A stretch of 64,000 nt of DNA, from the NCBI GenBank assembly GCA_016870395.1, contig VGBT01000002.1, positions 69,680-133,679 on the forward strand, in the 5' to 3' direction. Below the pieces are notes generated by a model that ran no database searches, had not been told where the DNA came from, and saw nothing but the letters and a program-made list of their open reading frames with translations. The DNA is from Actinomycetota bacterium. Lineage in GTDB: Bacteria > Actinomycetota > Acidimicrobiia > IMCC26256 > JAENVU01. Below, piece after piece: positions 59,537-64,000 of this stretch (the stretch's first letter is position 1; each line of letters opens with the position of its first letter). The position numbers and the translations under genes are program-made.

Positions 59537-60760
59537 CTACGGAATGCGGATGCCCGAGATCGCACGGGCGATCACAAGGCGCTGGATCTCCGAGGTGCCC
59601 TCGAAGATCGTGTAGATCTTCGAGTCGCGGTGCCACTGCTCCACCGGGTGGTCCTTCACATAGCCCGCGCCGCCGAGGATCTGGATCGCGTCCTCCGTGG
59701 CGCGCACGGCGACCTCACCTGCGTAGAGCTTGCTCATCGAGCCCTCACCGGCGGTGAACTCCTTGCCGTTGCGCCCCATCCAGGAAGCCCGCCACACGAG
59801 AAGCCGGGCCGCGTCGATGTGCATCCGCATGTCGGCGAGCTTGAACGCGATCGCCTGGTTCTCGATGATCGCCCGCCCGAACGCCTTGCGGTCCTTCGCG
59901 TACTCGAGCGCGTACTCGTAGGCAGCGCGGGCGATGCCGAGGGCCTGCGCTCCGACCAGCGGACGGCTCGCCTCGAACGTGCTCATGGCCGCCTGCACCT
60001 TGGAGCTCTGGCCCTCACGGGCGCGAGCGAGGCGAGCATCGAGCTTGTCCTTGCCGCCTAGCAGGCAGCGGCCGGGGACACGCACGTCGTGCAGCACGAC
60101 CTCGGCGGTGTGGCTGGCGCGGATGCCCATCTTCTTGAACTTCTGCCCCATCGAGAGGCCCTTGGTACCGGGCGGGACGACGAAGCTCGCGTGACCGCGT
60201 GCCTTGAGCTCGGTGTCGACAGCCGCGACCACGACGTGCAGCGTCGGCACCTTGTCGATGCCGCCGTTGGTGATCCAGGTCTTCACGCCGTTGAGGACCC
60301 ACTCGTCGGTGGCCTCGTCGAAGGTCGCACGCGTGCGCAGGTTCGACACGTCGGAACCGGCGTCGGACTCACTCACCGCGAACGCCGCGAGGTGGAGGTC
60401 GTCCGCGGTGCCGAAGCACTCGGGCACCCACTCCGCGATCTGCTCGGGGGTGCCGCTGGCGACGATGCCGCTCACCCCGAGCGTGGTGCCGAGGATCGCA
60501 AGCGTGATCCCTGCGTCGCCCCAGCACATTTCCTCGGAGACGATCGGGAAGGTGAGCCCTGTCGGGTCGCCGAAGAAGTTCGCGACGCTCTCCCACGAGT
60601 AGAGGCCGATCTTCGCGGCCTCCTCGATCACCGGCCACGGCGTCTCCTCGCGCTCGTCCCACTCGGCTGCCACCGGACGGATCACGTCCTTGGCAAAGCC
60701 GTGCACCCAGTCCTTGATCTGGAGCTGGTCTTCGTTGAGGTCGAGCGAGAAGTCGGACAT
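59537..60760 (-). CDS. Acyl-CoA dehydrogenase
   Basis: From ATG 60760 (MSDFSLDLNEDQLQIKDWVHGFA...), GAGYVKDHPVEQWHRDSKIYTIFEGTSEIQRLVIAR carries the ACAD C-terminal signature with the catalytic Glu. Confidence 0.9.
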   Translation of the reverse strand: MSDFSLDLNEDQLQIKDWVHGFAKDVIRPVAAEWDEREETPWPVIEEAAKIGLYSWESVANFFGDPTGLTFPIVSEEMCWGDAGITLAILGTTLGVSGIVASGTPEQIAEWVPECFGTADDLHLAAFAVSESDAGSDVSNLRTRATFDEATDEWVLNGVKTWITNGGIDKVPTLHVVVAAVDTELKARGHASFVVPPGTKGLSMGQKFKKMGIRASHTAEVVLHDVRVPGRCLLGGKDKLDARLARAREGQSSKVQAAMSTFEASRPLVGAQALGIARAAYEYALEYAKDRKAFGRAIIENQAIAFKLADMRMHIDAARLLVWRASWMGRNGKEFTAGEGSMSKLYAGEVAVRATEDAIQILGGAGYVKDHPVEQWHRDSKIYTIFEGTSEIQRLVIARAISGIRIP

Positions 60761-60906
60761 CCGGGAAGCTCCTTGCCGGTGGGGCCGGGGCCGGCCGCCG
60801 CTGGTTGCGGACCACAAGTTACCAATCAGTAACACAATGATACCCGCTCCCCCGCGGGCGCGGTTCCTCGGCGAGGGCCAACCGCTCCCGGCCCGCCAGG
60901 GCCGGC

Positions 60907-62508
60907 GTGCGACGATGGAGCGTGCTGCAAGTACGGGGACTCTCGGTCGAGGTCGGTGGACGGACCACGCTCACCGACGCCTCGTTCTCGCTGCGCCCGG
61001 GCGACACCGTGGGCCTCGTGGGCCGCAACGGGGCCGGGAAGACCTCGATGCTGAAGGTGCTCGCGGGCGAGGCTAGGGCCGCGAGCGGCGTGGTCCTGCG
61101 CCCGCCCGCGAGCGGCTACCTCCCGCAGGAGCCTCGACCCAAGGGCGCCGGGGTCGACGCCACCGGTCTCTCCCACGTGTTGTCGGGCCGCGGCCTCGAC
61201 GAGGCGATGCAACGCATCGAGCGGCTCCGACTCCGGGTCGAGCAGACCGCGGCCGCCCGCGAGATCGCGAAGTTCTCGCGAGCGGAGGAGGAGTTCCGCG
61301 CCGCCGGCGGCTACGCCGCGGAGGCCGAGGTGCGACGCATCGGCGCGGGGCTGGGCCTCGCCCCGGATCGACTCGACCTGCCGATCGACGCGCTCTCGGG
61401 TGGCGAGCGCCGCCGAGTCGAGCTCGCCCGCATCCTCTTCGCGGGCAGCGACCTGCTCCTGCTCGACGAGCCCACCAACCACATCGACAACGACGCCAAG
61501 CGATGGCTTATGGCGTTCCTGCGCGCGTACCGCGGGGCGCTGCTCGTGATCAGCCACGACCTCGAGCTGCTCGACGCGTCGATCACGCGGGTCCTGCACC
61601 TCGACGAGGGCGAGCTCGTCGAGTACCGCGGCACCTACTCCCAGTACCGCACCGCTCGTGCCGCCGACGAGGAGCGGCTGCGTCGCCTCGCGGCTCGCCA
61701 GCGCTCCGAGATCGCGCGACTCGCGCGACTCGCCGACGGGATGCGCGGCCAGACCGAGAAGCGGGCCCGGACGGCGAAGGCCCTCGACGGACGCGTCGCA
61801 CGGCTGCGGCGGGACCAGGTGCAAGGACCTCGCCGCGAACGCCAGATCGCGGTGCGCTTCCCCGAGCCGCCGCGGCCAGGCGCGGTCGTGCTCGAGGGCC
61901 ACGGGTTGGCGAAGGGCTACGGCGGACCACTGGTCTTCTCCGACGTGTCCTTCGACGTAGGGCGCGGTGAGCGCCTGCTGGTGATGGGCCTCAACGGTGC
62001 CGGCAAGACGAGCCTCATGCGGATCCTCGCCGGCCGGACCGCCGCCGACGCGGGCCGGGTCGACCTCGGCCACAACGTCTCGGTCGGCTACTACGCGCAG
62101 GAGCACGAGGAAATCAACGCAGGCACCGAGGCCATCGCGCATCTCCGGACCGCGGGGTTGACCGACCAGCAGTTGCGGAGCCTGCTCGGCACCTTCGGGC
62201 TCTCCGGCGACCTCGCGTTCCAGGACGCGGGCACCCTCTCGGGCGGGGAGAAGACCAAGCTCGCCCTGGCCCAGCTGGTGACGGGCCGCCACAACCTGCT
62301 CCTGCTCGACGAGCCCACCAACAACCTCGACCCCCCGTCACGCGAGGCGATCGCACGGGCGCTGGGCGCCTGGAGCGGCGCGATCGTGCTCGTGAGCCAC
62401 GACGCCGAGTTCGTCGCGCGCCTCGATCCGCATCGCGTCCTGCTCATGCCCGACGGCGACCTCGACTACTGGTCGGACGACCTCCTGGAGCTGGTCGCGC
62501 TCGCTTGA
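60907..62508 (+). CDS. ABC-F family ATPase (two ABC domains, no TM; translation-factor-type)
   Basis: GRNGAGKTS / LSGGERRRVELA / LLLLDEP are followed by GLNGAGKTS / LSGGEKTKLALA / LLLLDEP, with an Arg/Glu-rich interdomain linker. The start may be GTG 60922 (VLQVRGLSV) rather than 60907. Confidence 0.85.
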   Translation: MRRWSVLQVRGLSVEVGGRTTLTDASFSLRPGDTVGLVGRNGAGKTSMLKVLAGEARAASGVVLRPPASGYLPQEPRPKGAGVDATGLSHVLSGRGLDEAMQRIERLRLRVEQTAAAREIAKFSRAEEEFRAAGGYAAEAEVRRIGAGLGLAPDRLDLPIDALSGGERRRVELARILFAGSDLLLLDEPTNHIDNDAKRWLMAFLRAYRGALLVISHDLELLDASITRVLHLDEGELVEYRGTYSQYRTARAADEERLRRLAARQRSEIARLARLADGMRGQTEKRARTAKALDGRVARLRRDQVQGPRRERQIAVRFPEPPRPGAVVLEGHGLAKGYGGPLVFSDVSFDVGRGERLLVMGLNGAGKTSLMRILAGRTAADAGRVDLGHNVSVGYYAQEHEEINAGTEAIAHLRTAGLTDQQLRSLLGTFGLSGDLAFQDAGTLSGGEKTKLALAQLVTGRHNLLLLDEPTNNLDPPSREAIARALGAWSGAIVLVSHDAEFVARLDPHRVLLMPDGDLDYWSDDLLELVALA

Positions 62509-62520
62509 CGCCGCCGGTTG

Positions 62521-62808
62521 CTACGGGCCCAGAGGGACCGTCGTCGTCGTCGTGGTGGTGGACGACGTGGTGGTGCTCGACGACGTGGTGGTGCTCGTGC
62601 TCGTCGTGCTCGTGCTCGTCGTGCTCGTCGTGCTCGACGTGCTCGACGACGTTGTGGTGCTCGAGGAGCTCGAGGTCGTGCTCGGCGCCGTGGTGGTGGT
62701 GGTGGTGGTGGTGGTCGGCTCGTCGGTGGCCGCGGCGACCCCCACGCCGACGAGCCCGCCCGCGATCAGCAGCGCCAGCGCGATGAGCCAGGTGCGGGAG
62801 GTGCTCAC
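62521..62808 (-). CDS. Small membrane-anchored protein with an almost pure Ser/Thr C-terminal tail
   Basis: GTG 62808 overlaps the upstream LLM gene TGA (GTGA). The protein reads VSTSRTWLIALALLIAGGLVGVGVAAATDEP, then about 60 residues that are nearly all T/S, ending VPLGP. All other frames across the tract are open too because of the repeat, so coding is inferred from the coupling and the TM helix. Confidence 0.55.
   Translation of the reverse strand: MSTSRTWLIALALLIAGGLVGVGVAAATDEPTTTTTTTTTAPSTTSSSSSTTTSSSTSSTTSTTSTSTTSTSTTTSSSTTTSSTTTTTTTVPLGP
62690..62716. repeat. Trinucleotide tract (GTG)8GTC on the + strand, equal to (ACC)-type Thr9 codons on the - strand, within a wider GTG/GTC/CTC-rich low-complexity block (62530-62720)
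   Basis: Read directly: ...ccGTGGTGGTGGTGGTGGTGGTGGTGGTCggc... Confidence 0.9.
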
Positions 62809-63788
62809 GCGCTCGCCATCTCGATGAAGGCCCGCAGCTCGCGTGCGACGTCGGGTCCCATCGGCGCGTAGAGGACCTCGGTGACGCCGGATGCGGCCGC
62901 GGCGTCGAGGCGTGCCCGGACGTCGGCGGCCTGTCCCGTCCAGGTGAACGACGTGATCCCCTCGCCGGAGAGTACCGGCCGGTCGCGCTCGGTCACCTGC
63001 CAGAAGTGGCCCTCGTGGATCGCGAGGTGGCGGGAGTGCGCGGGCACCAGCTCGATCGAGGCCCTCCACGCCGCCCCGCCCGGCAGGCCCTCCACGAGCG
63101 CGGGATCCGACTCGTACATGCCGTGGTACACGACGCTCAGGCCGGGTCCAGCGGCCGCGAGCGCGCGTTCGGAATCGGCCGGCTCACCCGGGTCGAGGAC
63201 GGTGCCGTACGCGAGCAGAACGCACCAGTCGAAATCGGGCTGCCCGCCAAGGATGCTCATGACCCCGTCGCCGAGCTCGCGCGCGACCTCGAGACCCTTC
63301 GGGCCGTTGGCCGCGACCACGATCGGCACGTCGATGGGTCGGTCGGGGAGCAGACCCTCGGGCGCGATCATCTGCACCGCCGCGCCGTCGACCACCACGG
63401 CGCCGCCCGCGACCAGCGCCTTGAGCTGCGCGACGTAGGTCCGCACCGCCGCCCAGGTGAGCGGTCGCTGGCCGAGCGCCATACGGGCCGTGAACCCGGT
63501 CCCCACGGCGACCACCACCCGGCCGGGGGCCAGCCCCTCGAGCGTGGCGATCGCGCTCGCGGTCACGAGCGGGTGACGCAACGACGGGACGAGCACCGCG
63601 GTCCCGAGCCCGATGCGCTCCGTCGCCCGCGCGATCAAAGCGAGGTGCATCCACATGTCCCCGTAGAGGGCCGGCGAGTCGTAGAGCCAGACCCGCTCGT
63701 AGCCCAGCTCCTCGGCCAGGCACGCGTTGGCGACCACGTCGGGACCGGGGGGGAACCCACACGACACCTGCACCGGCACTCCCGTCAC
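62805..63788 (-). CDS. LLM-class (luciferase-like) flavin/F420-dependent oxidoreductase
   Basis: From GTG 63788, which overlaps the upstream TGA (GTGA), motifs are AEELGYERVWLYDS, IGLGTAVLVPSLRHPL and VVVAVGTGF.. in a TIM-barrel LLM text. Confidence 0.8.
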   Translation of the reverse strand: MTGVPVQVSCGFPPGPDVVANACLAEELGYERVWLYDSPALYGDMWMHLALIARATERIGLGTAVLVPSLRHPLVTASAIATLEGLAPGRVVVAVGTGFTARMALGQRPLTWAAVRTYVAQLKALVAGGAVVVDGAAVQMIAPEGLLPDRPIDVPIVVAANGPKGLEVARELGDGVMSILGGQPDFDWCVLLAYGTVLDPGEPADSERALAAAGPGLSVVYHGMYESDPALVEGLPGGAAWRASIELVPAHSRHLAIHEGHFWQVTERDRPVLSGEGITSFTWTGQAADVRARLDAAAASGVTEVLYAPMGPDVARELRAFIEMASA

Positions 63789-64000
63789 GACCGCTCCTCG
63801 TTCTCCAGCCGGGCCTCGCCCGCCGGCCACACGTACGTCTCGGTTCGACGGTTCGCCAGGCTCGGCAGGCGCTTGCGCACCTCACGCTGCGCGTCGAGGT
63901 CGAGGTCCGCGGTCACGAAGCACTCCGCGTCCGGAGCCTGGGCCATCACGACCCCCCAGGGGTCGACGATCATCGACCGCCCGTGCCACGAGAGCGTGGG
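63785..64000 (-). CDS. Carbon-nitrogen hydrolase (nitrilase superfamily) protein, C-terminal part (5' end is right of the window)
   Basis: The frame is open to the window edge. ...SWHGRSMIVDPWGVVMAQAPDAECFVTADLDLDAQREVRKRLPSLANRR is the typical C-terminal strand/helix text of CN-hydrolases. Confidence 0.7.
   Translation of the reverse strand, partial: PTLSWHGRSMIVDPWGVVMAQAPDAECFVTADLDLDAQREVRKRLPSLANRRTETYVWPAGEARLENEERS

Noticed and set aside
62505-62871. + strand ORFs across the S/T-repeat DNA (Cys/Trp/Ser-rich 93 aa, Arg/Gly-rich 117 aa, Val/Asp-rich 91 aa), and any idea of a CRISPR-like or satellite array
   Set aside because: All six frames are open because of the triplet-repeat composition. 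The repeats are irregular triplets without spacer/repeat periodicity. Only the minus-strand frame has a start coupled to the upstream gene and a TM helix.
1-64000. Mobile elements, prophage, integrons, CRISPR arrays, rRNA or tRNA genes
   Set aside because: I found no transposase, integrase or recombinase-like translations, no terminal inverted repeats flanking a gene block, no regularly spaced direct repeats, and no T-loop (GGTTCGAATCC-like) or rRNA signature strings on either strand. tRNAscan/Infernal should still be run to be sure.

Overview
This is a very GC-rich, tightly packed 64-kb chromosomal segment. The gene content points to an actinobacterium (Actinomycetota): a WhiB1-PdtaS pair, a TB7.3-like biotinyl protein, the Bpa proteasome activator, a mycothiol-type formaldehyde dehydrogenase, MmpL, UdgB, a class E sortase and an LLM/F420-type oxidoreductase. 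The finer lineage cannot be determined from this window. I support about 70 protein-coding genes, 4 gene relics or pseudogenes, a few hairpins and operator-like palindromes, and two DNA repeats. I saw no rRNA, tRNA, CRISPR array, transposase or integrase.

Layout from left to right:
- tadB-tadC plus a welded-on RecA-fold ATPase (0-2.3 kb).
- Aldehyde/SDR/DAHP-synthase genes and bpa (2.7-6.9 kb).
- Single housekeeping genes (7.8-12 kb).
- whiB1/pdtaS and an ArsA-like ATPase pair (12-16.4 kb).
- A frameshifted GH26-like gene (16.4-18.1 kb).
- An Fe-S/sulfur-trafficking neighbourhood around an ATP-grasp + CCAEP-tail radical-SAM pair (18.2-24.8 kb).
- An apparent gntR - mitochondrial-type aconitase - mmpL operon (24.8-30.1 kb).
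- A complete System I cytochrome c maturation operon, ccmABCDEFGH, in which all seven junctions are 4-nt start/stop overlaps (30.6-37.0 kb).
- Sortase E, two toxin-antitoxin-like pairs and acyl-CoA metabolism genes (37-44.9 kb).
- A DUF5317-like gene plus a tandem membrane HD-domain module behind a long structured leader (44.9-48.5 kb).
- Dehydrogenases, a TetR regulator, ABC-F, and a small membrane-anchored protein with an almost pure Ser/Thr tail (48.5-64 kb).

Four-nucleotide ATGA/GTGA/TTGA overlaps are pervasive; about 17 junctions show them. Many large ORFs in the supplied track are GC-driven shadow frames and were not annotated.

The best candidate for something undescribed is the 18.2-24.8 kb cluster. 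It comprises a SufR-like regulator, a NifS-like protein whose PLP-lysine is replaced by Thr, DUF169, an NfuA-like carrier, Mrp, and the ATP-grasp and CCAEP-tail rSAM pair.

All functional calls come from reading translations and motifs by eye. No database search or computation was possible, so family names should be confirmed with HMM searches.
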